A stretch of DNA of 64,000 nucleotides from Candidatus Bathyarchaeota archaeon (GTDB lineage: Archaea; Thermoproteota; Bathyarchaeia; 40CM-2-53-6; RBG-13-38-9). Every line of letters begins with the position of its first letter. The stretch's first letter is position 1. Positions 10,553 through 21,240 of this stretch are shown here, piece after piece. The position numbers and the translations under genes were made by a program. Below the pieces are notes generated by a model that was given only the letters and a program-made list of their open reading frames with translations, was not told the origin of the DNA and did no database searches. The DNA is taken from contig CAWECG010000004.1 in the NCBI GenBank assembly GCA_963807605.1, forward strand, positions 288,001 to 352,000, given 5' to 3'.

Positions 10553-13500
10553 ATGTTCATAAAGCACCGATCCCTCTTGGCAGTCTTACTCCTAATCTTT
10601 GTATCTCCACAGTTGCCGCACAACGTTGCCGGGGATTCGGCTTCAGTATCACCTGGAAGATTCTCGTTGAAGCTGGGTGCAAGCGATCGAGTTGTCCAGA
10701 GGCAGTATAATTACAGCATGATCCTGACTGGGACGGTGGGCGATTTACTATTCGAGATCAATCTGAGCACTCCGAGAGCAGGCATTCAAGTGTATGTGCC
10801 TCCAGAATTCGGGGGACTGTTGCCTGGAAACACGACAAATATCTGGACTAGTATTACAAACGATTACAGAAACATACAGCTTGAAAGATTAAGATATAAT
10901 GATACTGTTGCACCTTTCTGGTACCGAATAGATCTTGGAAATCAGACAAGCTTCTCGAGTGCACCTAGCCAGATAAAGACAGGCACGCATTTCCTCAAAA
11001 TGTTCAATCTCCAGGCTCCACTAATTTGCGGACGCTATTTCTTCAAGATATTCGTCCAAACATCATTACTAGCCCTCCCTACTTCTATAGGCTCAGGAAA
11101 CTTCCCAACAGTCGTTGTATCGGCAAGTCTGAACCCCGCCTTCATAGCCGGGCGACTTCTGGCCTGTCAGAGGGGGTACTATCCGCTTTATGGATTTGGT
11201 GAGCCAATTGCCGTCCCGGGAAAGGTGGTTGTCAATGGCACAACATATCTTGGAACGAGAGTGACGGGGATGGCCTACGTCAACGCAAGCTTGCAAAGCA
11301 ACTACACTGTATATGGTCTAGAAGCTGGAACATACAACATCACAGCAAGCGCCGACGGATATCCTTCAGTTACTCTAGACAGACTCCTGAACGTCAGGGA
11401 AGGTCAGTCTCTCGAGGGTATTGACATCTACTTGTGCAGGGGGGCAAACATATCTGGAATAGTCTGGTCAAAATGTGAACTAACTCCTTTGCAGTGGGGC
11501 AACATCACATTCCTCGATCCATTATTTCCCAAAGCTCTTAGAGCTGTAAATGGAGGCTTTGCCGTTGATTCTCTTTTAATAAACAGCCAATCAAGTTTCC
11601 CAGTTACACTGGTTATCGGTGTCAATGCAACTCAAGTACAACCAGGCGATCTACTTTCTACATTTCCTTTTTCGAATGTAGTGTTGGATACCGTATTGAC
11701 AAGTGCCGAGATAATTCCAAATCCAACAAACTCTACTATTTTTCAACGCAATGCACTCGTTGTCCGTGGGAACAACACGGCACCAGCCCTGAGATGGATC
11801 AGTGTCCCTAAACCTTTCAAAGTAATTCTCTATGTTGCGGATGGTCCGCCGGTCGTCAACATCACAGGAACCACGAATCCTAAGGCGATGAACTTCAACT
11901 TTAGCGCTTGGTTCTCGCAATATGACGGGCATATCCCCCAGGATCTGGCGGGATATGTATCCGGGATCGGCTACGGTGATTACACAATAAAACCATTCGT
12001 CAATCAGTACGTTCAACTGGAAGAGTGCCGGGTAGGGGTATTCAATCAGACATTTTCGATGTCCTTAGTCATAGATCTTCATCGAACTGGAAAAATAGTG
12101 ACGACAGTTCACCTGAAGGATGTTGAAGGCGGGGCTCCTGCACCATCGACAATCGATCACGTCTTGGTGACCGATGTTTACGATCAGAGCGGGGCTTTGG
12201 CTGGGACGAACTTCACACTCGTTCCGCAAGGGAGCACTCAGACTCAGGTCGTAGTCACTGGGTTCTCTTTTCAACAGTACTTCGTTAATCAAACAGTAGA
12301 CCCCATTCTCCCTCTAGCTATGCAGGAGTTTCTCAGAGGGACTGTCGATCCACCGGATTACGGGCTACTTCCAGGAACATATTCCATCAAGACGTTCTTG
12401 GGAGGTTATGTTCAAGGAGCTGTCGCACGGGCGACTGTCGGCGACTGCGATAGCACAACGGAAACTAGCTTTGAAATGTGCAAAGGCGGTCAAATTATTC
12501 TGACCTTGCGATCCGTGAACTGGCAGCAACCCAGTGTTCCAATCCCCTGGACCAATCCAGCAAAGAACATAACTGTATTTGTGTACGATGCGTCCGGCCA
12601 GGACTATGGATATCTCCTCTTGAGTCAGAGGCGGAACGCCTACATAGCCTCTGGGGTATATGCTGGACTTGACTATTACAACCTGACAAGCATGTTGCTC
12701 CCGTACATCTTAGGTGCTCGTGATCGTCCGCTTGACCCAAGATTGTATCTTCTAAAGGCTTACACAATAGGGTATCTTTCAGGTGAGACCGCCGAAGTTG
12801 TCATAACCGGAGGCGGACCCGGGGTAGGGATAAGTGCAGCTGATCTTCAGATAGACCTCAAGGTAGGGGGAACAATAATCATCGATCTCTCCTTCAAGAC
12901 CGAGGCCTTGTTTAGTCCTCTTGCTGGATTCCCGTTTCGACACGACTCGAATGGATCCACCCCCATAAGGATTGAAGTATTCGATGATCAGGGTGAGCTC
13001 GTTGGTGCCTCGGTTGGGTACGCACCGAAAGGAACGGTTGAGCTTAGCTATCCTAGTGCTCCCTTCCTGAGAATCATAGGACTCGATAGGTACTATGGAA
13101 CCTATACAATATCTTGGGTTAATTATTTTCATACAACCGATAGTGTAGTGCTGCCCGATAGAGGATTGCCTTCTCAATCGTTGAGCATTAGGGTCTTCGT
13201 TCCAGGCTATGATGAGGTTCAGCTTCCCGTCGTGGCCCTGACGCCTCAGGGGCAGATAACGGTATCCATAGCTTTGGAGAAGATGGCTCACCTGAAGGGG
13301 ATGGTTTACTATCGCAATATGTTCAATTTAGTCGTCCCGCTCTCATGGGCAGCTGTGTCTCTAATCGACCAACATCTTATGGTCGCTCCCACCTTGGATG
13401 GCTGCTACGAGATGTGGGCCCCAGAGGGGTCGTACCAGGTCACTGCAGGACACATCGCTTATCAACCGCTTACTCAGCCAACACATCTATCGGCTGCGGC

Positions 13501-13657
13501 TGAAGCCGAGTTGGATTTCTATATGGTGAGCTATGTAGACGCCGTTCCAGAGATTGCTCAAGTGCAGGCCTGCCTGATTCTGCCTTTGTTACTGATCTTC
13601 TGCATTTTGTTAACCCTAATACGCAGGCGCTATGCTGGAGTATCCAAAGAAAAATAG
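10553..13657 (+). CDS. Large secreted cell-surface protein with repeated carboxypeptidase-regulatory-like beta domains and a C-terminal anchor
   Basis: Signal peptide, repeated GLxxGxYxI...GY units, many N-x-S/T sequons, and a VPE-TM-RRR tail. Confidence 0.75.
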   Translation: MFIKHRSLLAVLLLIFVSPQLPHNVAGDSASVSPGRFSLKLGASDRVVQRQYNYSMILTGTVGDLLFEINLSTPRAGIQVYVPPEFGGLLPGNTTNIWTSITNDYRNIQLERLRYNDTVAPFWYRIDLGNQTSFSSAPSQIKTGTHFLKMFNLQAPLICGRYFFKIFVQTSLLALPTSIGSGNFPTVVVSASLNPAFIAGRLLACQRGYYPLYGFGEPIAVPGKVVVNGTTYLGTRVTGMAYVNASLQSNYTVYGLEAGTYNITASADGYPSVTLDRLLNVREGQSLEGIDIYLCRGANISGIVWSKCELTPLQWGNITFLDPLFPKALRAVNGGFAVDSLLINSQSSFPVTLVIGVNATQVQPGDLLSTFPFSNVVLDTVLTSAEIIPNPTNSTIFQRNALVVRGNNTAPALRWISVPKPFKVILYVADGPPVVNITGTTNPKAMNFNFSAWFSQYDGHIPQDLAGYVSGIGYGDYTIKPFVNQYVQLEECRVGVFNQTFSMSLVIDLHRTGKIVTTVHLKDVEGGAPAPSTIDHVLVTDVYDQSGALAGTNFTLVPQGSTQTQVVVTGFSFQQYFVNQTVDPILPLAMQEFLRGTVDPPDYGLLPGTYSIKTFLGGYVQGAVARATVGDCDSTTETSFEMCKGGQIILTLRSVNWQQPSVPIPWTNPAKNITVFVYDASGQDYGYLLLSQRRNAYIASGVYAGLDYYNLTSMLLPYILGARDRPLDPRLYLLKAYTIGYLSGETAEVVITGGGPGVGISAADLQIDLKVGGTIIIDLSFKTEALFSPLAGFPFRHDSNGSTPIRIEVFDDQGELVGASVGYAPKGTVELSYPSAPFLRIIGLDRYYGTYTISWVNYFHTTDSVVLPDRGLPSQSLSIRVFVPGYDEVQLPVVALTPQGQITVSIALEKMAHLKGMVYYRNMFNLVVPLSWAAVSLIDQHLMVAPTLDGCYEMWAPEGSYQVTAGHIAYQPLTQPTHLSAAAEAELDFYMVSYVDAVPEIAQVQACLILPLLLIFCILLTLIRRRYAGVSKEK

Positions 13658-13758
13658 AACACCATGCTGCACCTTTTTTCTGGTCTGCAAAAACAATCAT
13701 TATATGATGCGAAGTTCGATTCCTCACATGTTGAATTCAACTGGGGAGCCTGGGCCTC

Positions 13759-15282
13759 ATGAGTGAAAAAGTCGGAATAATGGGATACGGTGTCTACGTA
13801 CCCATAGAGAGGATATCGACTGAAAAAATCGTCAGGAGGCGGGAGGCAAGGCGTAAAGATCTCGAAGAATTTCTTGCAAAAGTCAGGGACGGCCTGCTTT
13901 TGAAAAATAAGTCGATAGCGAACTACTCGGAAGATACGACAACGATAGCCACAGAAGCAGCTGAAAATGCCATAAAGATGGCCCAAATCGATCCGAAACT
14001 CATAACGTCCGTAGCCCTTGGAACAGAATCCAAACCCTACGCTGTCGGGCTGGCTGCAAGACACGTCGCCTCGTTCACCAGTATGGGAGAGAACGTCTTC
14101 GTTTCCGACTTGGAGGGTGCATGCAATGCCGGAATGCAGGCTGTGAATTTCATAATGGGACAGATCAAATCTGGGCTGATAGATTACGGCATGGCCATTG
14201 GCTCGGATGTCTCTCAGGCGCCTGTAAGGGATGCTTTAGAGTATAGCGCAGGCGCAGGCGCAGCAGCCCTAATAATGGGACGAGAAGAGCTCGTAGCCAG
14301 TATAGAAGATATGGCGCCTTTTTCAAGTCTCTCGCTCGATTTCTGGAGGCGAGACGAAATGCTCGTCCCGAAACATTTCGGCAGGACAACTGTCGAGATC
14401 TATACCTCTCACGTTGTGGGCGCCATGGAAGAGCTTTTGAGAAGGCACCCTGATCTGAAACTGTCAGACTTTGACTACATCACATTCCACCAACCATCCG
14501 GATACATGCCGCTTAAGGTCTGCAAAGCCTTAGCTCAACCCAGAATGGAAGTCGGATGCGATCCCAATGTTCAAGACCGTCTAAGGATCTCCATGGATGA
14601 TGTAGAAAAGAAAGTCAAACCTTGGTTTACCGTTCTGGAGACAGGCAACACATATGCTGCCTCGACGCCAATCGCCATTTCCACAATCCTAGACGAGGCC
14701 AGCCCAGGAGAAAACATTCTAGCTGTATCATATGGCTCTGGCGCTTACACCATCGCGACTTGGCTTCATGTCGAAGAAGGCATCACTAATAAGAGGGGGC
14801 GTGTTCCGACGGTCCATGAATACCTATCCCGGAGAAGAGAGATAGACTTCAAGACCTATGCTGACTACCTCGGCGAACGTATACATAGAGGGAAAAGTCG
14901 CCTGAAGCATCCCCGCATTGTGGGAGAGGTAGAACCAATCGGCACAGAATCGCTTGAGGTCGTCATTTGCCCCAAGTGTAACAGGGTATATTATCCTGCC
15001 AGGAAGAAGTGCCTCCAGTATGATTGTGCAGGTCCGCTTCAGAAGCTCGTGTTCCCTAAGCGCGCGAAACTGAAGAGAATCAAACAGCTTCCGCCGCGGC
15101 AAAGCAGGATCTTTGACTGTAATGTTCTAAGACAGGGTGGCGTCTACCTGGTCGATTCCGACCTTGAAGAGCTGAAACCGGGAACTGAGTTAGAATCCGT
15201 TACCAGACGCCTTGATTATGAAGGGAGTGACGGCCTCATAATATATGGGCCATGCTACAGACCATCATTCAGGAATACATAG
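13759..15282 (+). CDS. Hydroxymethylglutaryl-CoA synthase fused to a C-terminal DUF35 (Zn-ribbon/OB-fold) domain
   Basis: HMGS motifs GTESKPY, GACNAG, FHQP, GNTY and SYGSG; C-terminal CPKC..YYP...C...C and RRL..EG..GLIIYG..YRP. Confidence 0.88.
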   Translation: MSEKVGIMGYGVYVPIERISTEKIVRRREARRKDLEEFLAKVRDGLLLKNKSIANYSEDTTTIATEAAENAIKMAQIDPKLITSVALGTESKPYAVGLAARHVASFTSMGENVFVSDLEGACNAGMQAVNFIMGQIKSGLIDYGMAIGSDVSQAPVRDALEYSAGAGAAALIMGREELVASIEDMAPFSSLSLDFWRRDEMLVPKHFGRTTVEIYTSHVVGAMEELLRRHPDLKLSDFDYITFHQPSGYMPLKVCKALAQPRMEVGCDPNVQDRLRISMDDVEKKVKPWFTVLETGNTYAASTPIAISTILDEASPGENILAVSYGSGAYTIATWLHVEEGITNKRGRVPTVHEYLSRRREIDFKTYADYLGERIHRGKSRLKHPRIVGEVEPIGTESLEVVICPKCNRVYYPARKKCLQYDCAGPLQKLVFPKRAKLKRIKQLPPRQSRIFDCNVLRQGGVYLVDSDLEELKPGTELESVTRRLDYEGSDGLIIYGPCYRPSFRNT

Positions 15283-15337
15283 GAATGAGGAGCAACGTAC
15301 TGGTTCCTAGGTCAGAATTACAGTACTCACTGAGATT

Positions 15338-15904
15338 CTAAGCCTTAAACCACCTGAACACCAGGTAGTCTGCCCTTCTCGACTTTGCCTCCGGTGTTGC
15401 AATGATAAACTGTTTTCTGACTGTTGTTGCGAGTCTTCCAGCTCTAACTATATCGAAGGTGCCCATCTTCTCATTCCTCTTCTTAACGGAGATGATGAAG
15501 GGCGCGTGGTCTATTCCAGGGCCATGTTCGTAAACGGCAAAGTCAGCTCCGAACTTAATTCCAGGTGTCACAACATATCCTTTGTCTCTCAGGTTTCTGT
15601 AGACTAGATATCCATTCTCGAAATCCTTGTAGGTCTTTGAGGCTACTTCAAGGAGCTTTTTCCTTGAAACCAGTTTCCCCATTTCCGCATCTCTTACCTT
15701 TATTTGACGCTTCTCAAATAGGTAGATGCCCTCCATCAAATCAAGCATTAGTGGCGAATCAAAAAGTTGATCGGGTTTTGGCTTAGGAATGCCCACTGGC
15801 TTCCCATAGAAACCGGACTTGTAGAGTGACATTCCCGCCTCAGCATTCCAAACGACAAGTCTTGAACCCATGAGCTCGGCTTCAATCATCCTAGAAACCA
15901 CCAT
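15338..15904 (-). CDS. endA: tRNA-splicing endonuclease, catalytic subunit
   Basis: PGIKFGADFAVY, GPGIDHA and TVRK supply the Tyr-His-Lys triad; GFYGKPVGIPKPK loop. Confidence 0.95.
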   Translation of the reverse strand: MVVSRMIEAELMGSRLVVWNAEAGMSLYKSGFYGKPVGIPKPKPDQLFDSPLMLDLMEGIYLFEKRQIKVRDAEMGKLVSRKKLLEVASKTYKDFENGYLVYRNLRDKGYVVTPGIKFGADFAVYEHGPGIDHAPFIISVKKRNEKMGTFDIVRAGRLATTVRKQFIIATPEAKSRRADYLVFRWFKA

Positions 15905-16573
15905 CTAACTGGAGATAGCGAGCACTCGTATCTGATCTAAAGCATCTATAACGAGGTCGGCCATCTGCTCAAGCCTTTCAAGGATATCCTTGAGAGCTAA
16001 CAAAGTGGGGATCGCCATCTTACTGTTCAGGATCTCTACGTCCAACATTCTGTAAGTTGTATCTATCTCTCGCTCAACTTCTTCGACTGTGGAAGCCATC
16101 TCGAGAGCCTTATTAGAATTGAATGTCAGAGTCATCAACGTCTCTCTCATCCTGGATGCTTCTTCCAAGAGGAGGCTCGCAAGCTGTGATATTCCAATCA
16201 GGAACTTGGCATCTATCAATACCTTCCTCTCCCACGTGCTTGCGAATCTGAAAGCAACTCCTTCAGTTGTATCCACAATCTCAGAGAGTCTGAATGTTAA
16301 CCGAAGGAAGTCCTCCCTATTGATTAGAAACAATCCGAGTGATGCGACCTCTTCCAATAAACTGGATTTGAACTTTCGGGATAGTTCAATCAAGCTCAAC
16401 ATTTCTTTGTAATGCTCTTTTGCCTCGGCGCCCTTTTTCTTCGTCATCGAATCTATCATTAATGCAAGCTTTCTCACGATCTCGACTAGGTTTCTGGAGT
16501 TGTCTTGGCAAATGTTGAGAATCCTTCTTCGTGCCGTAGCCTCGGTTTCCAGAGGAAAAGTCAACCTGAGCAC
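15905..16573 (-). CDS. DUF47 / PhoU-like helical protein
   Basis: NREDFLRL, EEVEREID and LEQMAD repeated helical pattern. Confidence 0.8.
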   Translation of the reverse strand: MLRLTFPLETEATARRRILNICQDNSRNLVEIVRKLALMIDSMTKKKGAEAKEHYKEMLSLIELSRKFKSSLLEEVASLGLFLINREDFLRLTFRLSEIVDTTEGVAFRFASTWERKVLIDAKFLIGISQLASLLLEEASRMRETLMTLTFNSNKALEMASTVEEVEREIDTTYRMLDVEILNSKMAIPTLLALKDILERLEQMADLVIDALDQIRVLAISS

Positions 16574-16697
16574 CCGAATCTTGAGACGGGTATCTTGTCA
16601 GGTCTACAAATTTAAAAGACTATCTCGGTTGTTTCTGTCAAGTTTGTTGGGGCTAGTTCTAGGTATGTCTTCTGTTTCTTTAGTGTCAGGGCTGTCT

Positions 16698-17093
16698 TTA
16701 AGCGGCACGTTCCTGAAAAACCTCGTTAGCCACGCTCATGGCGTTCAGAGCCGAAGGAAACCCCGCATAAACAGCAGTCTGCATGATCACCTCAACGATC
16801 TCCTCACGAGTGCAACCAGCATTCAGCGCTCCATGAATGTGTGCCTTGAGTTGGGTTTGAGCGTTTCCAAGAGCCGTCAAAACTGCAACTGCAGCTGCCT
16901 CTCTCGACTTTAAATCCAGACCTGGACGAGAGTAAATGTCGCCAAATGTGAATTCTATTAGGTAACGCGCAAAATCAGGCGCTATTGACTGAAGATCTTC
17001 GATGACACGCTCACCAGTTTTGCCATGAATCTCTCTTAGCTTTTTCCAGCCACGTTCGTAGCGACTCGTATCAATCATAGATTTCTTCCTCAT
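16698..17093 (-). CDS. Carboxymuconolactone decarboxylase family protein
   Basis: Motifs FGDIYSRPGLDLKSRE, HIHGALNAG and YAGFP. Confidence 0.92.
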   Translation of the reverse strand: MRKKSMIDTSRYERGWKKLREIHGKTGERVIEDLQSIAPDFARYLIEFTFGDIYSRPGLDLKSREAAAVAVLTALGNAQTQLKAHIHGALNAGCTREEIVEVIMQTAVYAGFPSALNAMSVANEVFQERAA

Positions 17094-17214
17094 TATGTGA
17101 GAATTTTCACATTATTTAAGTTGAAACCCTCGCCAGCCTGGTTTGTCTTCAGGACCAGTTCTGACAAGTTTCAAAGACTAACTGGAGGCGACCCGCTCAG
17201 CGTTGTTCTCGCTC

Positions 17215-18913
17215 CTATGTGTTTGACAGTTTGTGGATAACGTCGGGTAATTCTTCCTTGTGGACCCTCGTCTGTTCCCATGTGTCTCTATCCCTAAGAG
17301 TGACCGTTTCGTCGGTCAGAGTATCATAGTCGATTGTAATTGCGAGAGGGACCCCAATTTCATCTGACCTAGCGTATCTTCTTCCAATGGATCCCACGTC
17401 ATCATAGTATGTCTCGAGCCGGCAATCGAGCAGATGTCGGTAGATTTTGTCTGCCTCATTGACTAAATCAATCTTAGTGACCAGAGGTAAAACAACTGCC
17501 TGAAATGGAGCAAGGTTTCGAGGAAGTTTCAGAGATCACTCTATCCTCCTTTTTTGAGTATGCATACTCCATCATTGCGTACACGAGTCTATCTGCCCCG
17601 AAACTCGGCTCAACAACATGTGGGGTTATTCTCCTGCCAGTTTCTTTTCTCTTGAAGGAGTATACCTTGAAGTGGTCAGGAGTTATTGTAAAGTTGTCGA
17701 TTCTGAACGAGCCCGTCTTGAGAAACGATTCCTCTACAATCGCCGGATCTGCCGATTTGACGACTTCCATAACTCGAGCAGAGTTCTCTGCAAAAGTTCT
17801 CTTAATGGCCTCCGGATTTGGATTCAGACGTTTCACTTCGACCTCGATTGGCTCTGAGTACGGTCGGAAGACCCGTTTGTCTACGCCTGAGTAGTGCATA
17901 TGTCTTGAGATATCATAGGATGTCCTGTACGCATGACCTGAGATCTCCGTCCACCCCCATCTGTCTAAGTAGATTTCTTGGTCGAAGGTTTGAGCTGAGT
18001 AATGTGCCCTTTCGGCTGGAAGCTTCTCCAAAAACCGCTGTTTATCCGGCGGAATTCCAAGCTCGGTGATGAACTGCTGCGATAATGCCATGAAATAGGC
18101 CATCCACTCAATCAGAATAACTTTTCTGCGCACAGCCTCCTTCACTGTGATCTGAATGGGTTCTTCCGATCCTGCTGAGCGTACGTGAATCGGAATCATA
18201 CGTATCTCTGTATCTTCTACTTCCTTGAGCCAAGTGCATAGTGGCTCCTCTGGGTCGAAGAAGAATTCAAACTCCATTATTGTAAACTCTCTTAGTCTCA
18301 GGGGGCCTTGGCGTGGGGAGATCTCATTTCTGAGTGCGTGTCCGACTTGACCTATCCCTAACGGGAATTGTTCTCGGGCGACCTCGTATATGCGTTTGAA
18401 GTTGACGAATATTCCTTGAGCAGCCTCAGGTCTTCCGTATCCAGTGGCATCTGCTCCGATAGTTGTCTTAAACATTGTTTGAACATAGGCAGGCGCGGAA
18501 AGCTCTCCGCTACACTCTGGACAGGCTATTCCTCTTGCCTTCAACTCTTTGGTGAGTTGGGTCAAATCTAATGATTCTGTATGTAGTGCTCCGGCATCTG
18601 AGAGAAGATGATCTACTCGGTATCTCCTATTGCAGATTTTACAAACGACCATAGGATCCTTGAAGTGCTCGATGTGACCTGAAGCTTCGAAGACTCTTTC
18701 GGGAGTTATTGTCGGGGTCTCTATCTCCAGAAAGCCATGCCTCTTTAGAAAGAAGTCCCTCCATTTATTCTCAATTTTTCTTTTCAGCGTGGTTCCCGTA
18801 GGTCCAAAATCTAGGAATCCTCCTACACCGCCATAAATCTCGTAAGAGGGCCAGAAGAACCCTCTCCGATGAGCAAGTTCAATGACTCTCTCATATTTGT
18901 CAGTCTTTTTCAT
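17215..18913 (-). CDS. glyQS: Glycine--tRNA ligase (alpha2 type), frameshifted near 17532
   Basis: Motifs RRGFFW, RPEAAQG, RNEISPRQG and EPSFG. Removing one base in ATCTCTG restores LKLPRNLAP...GSIGRRYAR, the anticodon-binding domain. Confidence 0.93.
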
Positions 18914-18973
18914 TGGGGATCAACCGGAGAACGTATATTCACCAGATTGAGCGCCTGGTAAAAGGATTGAGTC

Positions 18974-19714
18974 TTATGATGTCTCATTTTGCTTACTCAA
19001 CCTATCCCAGATTGCATCAATCAAGTTTGGCAAGTCTGCCAAACTCCCTATTATGAAGTCTGGCTCCCGAGACTTGATCTCTTCTAGGAATATCCCAGTC
19101 ACCACTGCGACTGATACTGCATTCGCTCTTCTGGCTGCGTCCACGTCTGTTGGCATATCGCCAACAAGGACGCATCTCTGGACTGGCAAATTCAATGTCT
19201 TTGCCGCCAGTATTATCTGCTCTGGCGACGGCTTAAAAGTATGAACGTCTTCTCGTGTTAAGATAACATCAAAACAGTCGATCAGATCAAGGCTGCGAAG
19301 TTTACTAATCACGTATCTTCGGTTTCTTGATGTCACAAGGCCTAGCTTGATGTTCGGATCTTTCTTGAGGCTCTTTATCGCCTCAACCACTCCTTCTACT
19401 GGCGGGGCCTGATAAGCAGTACGTTTCAGCTCAAAGTAAGATGTCAGGGGCAGAAGCGCCTTCTTCCATAAGGGCAATCCAAGTATTCCCCCAATTCTCC
19501 AGATAAGTCGCAGTTCAGAGAATCTTGTGGTCCGACCTCCCATGATCATTCTGAGATCTTTCCCAATACGTTTCTGTTGCTCTTCCCCTATTGTCACTCC
19601 AATCGCAGATGAAACTTTGATGAAAGCCTGCTTGAGAGGGATCATGGAGTTCACAATCGTACCGTCTAAATCGAGAAGGACTCCTAGTGTCTGATCTTTT
19701 CCCGTTTCCGACAT
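18974..19714 (-). CDS. HAD-IA family phosphatase
   Basis: Motifs DLDGT, VTSR, KPSPE and VGDMPTD. Confidence 0.9.
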   Translation of the reverse strand: MSETGKDQTLGVLLDLDGTIVNSMIPLKQAFIKVSSAIGVTIGEEQQKRIGKDLRMIMGGRTTRFSELRLIWRIGGILGLPLWKKALLPLTSYFELKRTAYQAPPVEGVVEAIKSLKKDPNIKLGLVTSRNRRYVISKLRSLDLIDCFDVILTREDVHTFKPSPEQIILAAKTLNLPVQRCVLVGDMPTDVDAARRANAVSVAVVTGIFLEEIKSREPDFIIGSLADLPNLIDAIWDRLSKQNETS

Positions 19715-19800
19715 CTGTGTATTCGTCCTGGTGTGTCACCTAGTCTCTCATGCATCATGCTCGTCAACTTAATACATGAATGTCTAGATAATTGTAATCC

Positions 19801-21240
19801 ATGCCAAAGCTTGTCACCGGCAACGAAGTGTTCGACCACATAGCTGACATTGATGCTGGCGCCTCGATATTGGTCTTGGATATCACTAGGTTTGAGTCGA
19901 TGCACTTTCTGAATTCGCTTTTTCGGAATTCGCCATACAAAGATAAAGTCCTAATCGTCTCATGCGAACCGATTGATACCCCTTTTCAGCTTAGGAAGAT
20001 AAGTCTCGATACATTCCATGACCCTACTGAACTAAGCATTGAGATTGAGAGGTATAGACAGGTTGTCGGCAACCAGGGCGTTATTATACATCACTACTTG
20101 CCGCATGTATTGGTTAAGGAGAGCGAAGAGCTTGTTCTCAGAATGATAGAATACTGGCTCATGAAACAACCCAGCGTCGTCACTAGTCAGTTCTTCACTT
20201 TGCCCAAGGCAACCTTCACTTTTTTTGAAAAGAAACTCCAATCCTTGGTGTCTGGTGTTATTTCTATCAGCGTCCTAAGGACGGAGAAGGAGAGAGGCCT
20301 TTCATTCCAGATCGTGGGCTCTTGCCGTCCTGAATATCATATGGAAGAATTTCCTTTTGTCGTTCAGAATGGGTGCCTGTTAATCAAATGGAGGGAGGCT
20401 TTTACCGATACACTCCCACGTGAGGAGGAGACTGCAATAGCAAATAGAATCGATTACCTTAGGACGAATTTCAACTCGACCAAGATCATCCGAGATGATT
20501 CCTCCTTCACAACTGAAGGCTTGAGCCCATACGATAAGTGGTTACTTCTGCAATTGATAGGATGGAGGCTGGAAGAGGTTGAACGGTATTTCCCTGAGAG
20601 TATGAATGGCATTCTAAGGAAACTGGCGCTGTGGAATCTAAAGGGGTTGGTTAGGTTCGAAGCGACCGAATTTCGAACTCCATCCTCTGTCAAGATAGGA
20701 TTGAAAGCTACGACGAGGTTAGCACTCTTGCTACCCACCATAATCTCTCTTCAGGCTCTGAGGAAGCGACGACACACAATCCCAATGAATGTATATAATG
20801 CCCTCAGAAGGTCAGTCCAAGCTTTCGCTTCGGACAGGTTGCGTGAAGAGGATCTTAAAAAGGAGCTTGCAGAGTTCGAGACGTATTTCCAAGATGTGAC
20901 TGCAAGAACGGCGGTTATCGAGACATTTGCCGAACTTGGGGAAGATTTAAGATCAAATATGGATCTCAAGTACCTGCCCAAGATACTCTCCCTTGCCATC
21001 TACTATGGTTACGGTTTGAAACCGAGGATATCTAAGATATCCGAGGAGCTTTACGAGATCGAACTCCGAGATTGTTTCATCTGCTCAGATGTGAAGAGCG
21101 AGGATCCTGTATGCCAGCTTCTTATCGGCACAATTGTTGGTTGCTGCAGCGTCGTTTTCAGAGAGCATTTCTCGTGTGATGAAGTCCAGTGCAAAGCCTC
21201 TGGAGAGAAATCATGTGTCTTCTACCTGAGGAGACGTTGA
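19801..21240 (+). CDS. Putative sensor: degenerate RecA/KaiC-like N-terminal domain plus C-terminal V4R domain
   Basis: The N-terminus (KLVTGNEVFD...GASILV) resembles KaiC but has no Walker A. The C-terminal DCFIC...PVC...G...EVQCKASG..SCVF is a V4R pattern. Confidence 0.7.
   Translation: MPKLVTGNEVFDHIADIDAGASILVLDITRFESMHFLNSLFRNSPYKDKVLIVSCEPIDTPFQLRKISLDTFHDPTELSIEIERYRQVVGNQGVIIHHYLPHVLVKESEELVLRMIEYWLMKQPSVVTSQFFTLPKATFTFFEKKLQSLVSGVISISVLRTEKERGLSFQIVGSCRPEYHMEEFPFVVQNGCLLIKWREAFTDTLPREEETAIANRIDYLRTNFNSTKIIRDDSSFTTEGLSPYDKWLLLQLIGWRLEEVERYFPESMNGILRKLALWNLKGLVRFEATEFRTPSSVKIGLKATTRLALLLPTIISLQALRKRRHTIPMNVYNALRRSVQAFASDRLREEDLKKELAEFETYFQDVTARTAVIETFAELGEDLRSNMDLKYLPKILSLAIYYGYGLKPRISKISEELYEIELRDCFICSDVKSEDPVCQLLIGTIVGCCSVVFREHFSCDEVQCKASGEKSCVFYLRRR

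Noticed and set aside
13711-13741. T-arm-like GTTCGATTC and palindrome GTTGAATTCAAC upstream of HMGS
   Set aside because: There is no cloverleaf, and a single palindrome is not enough support.
16633-17171. Near-identical 13-mers (TTCTGWCAAGTTT) flanking the CMD gene
   Set aside because: They could be an insertion scar, but the match is short and no mobility gene is present.
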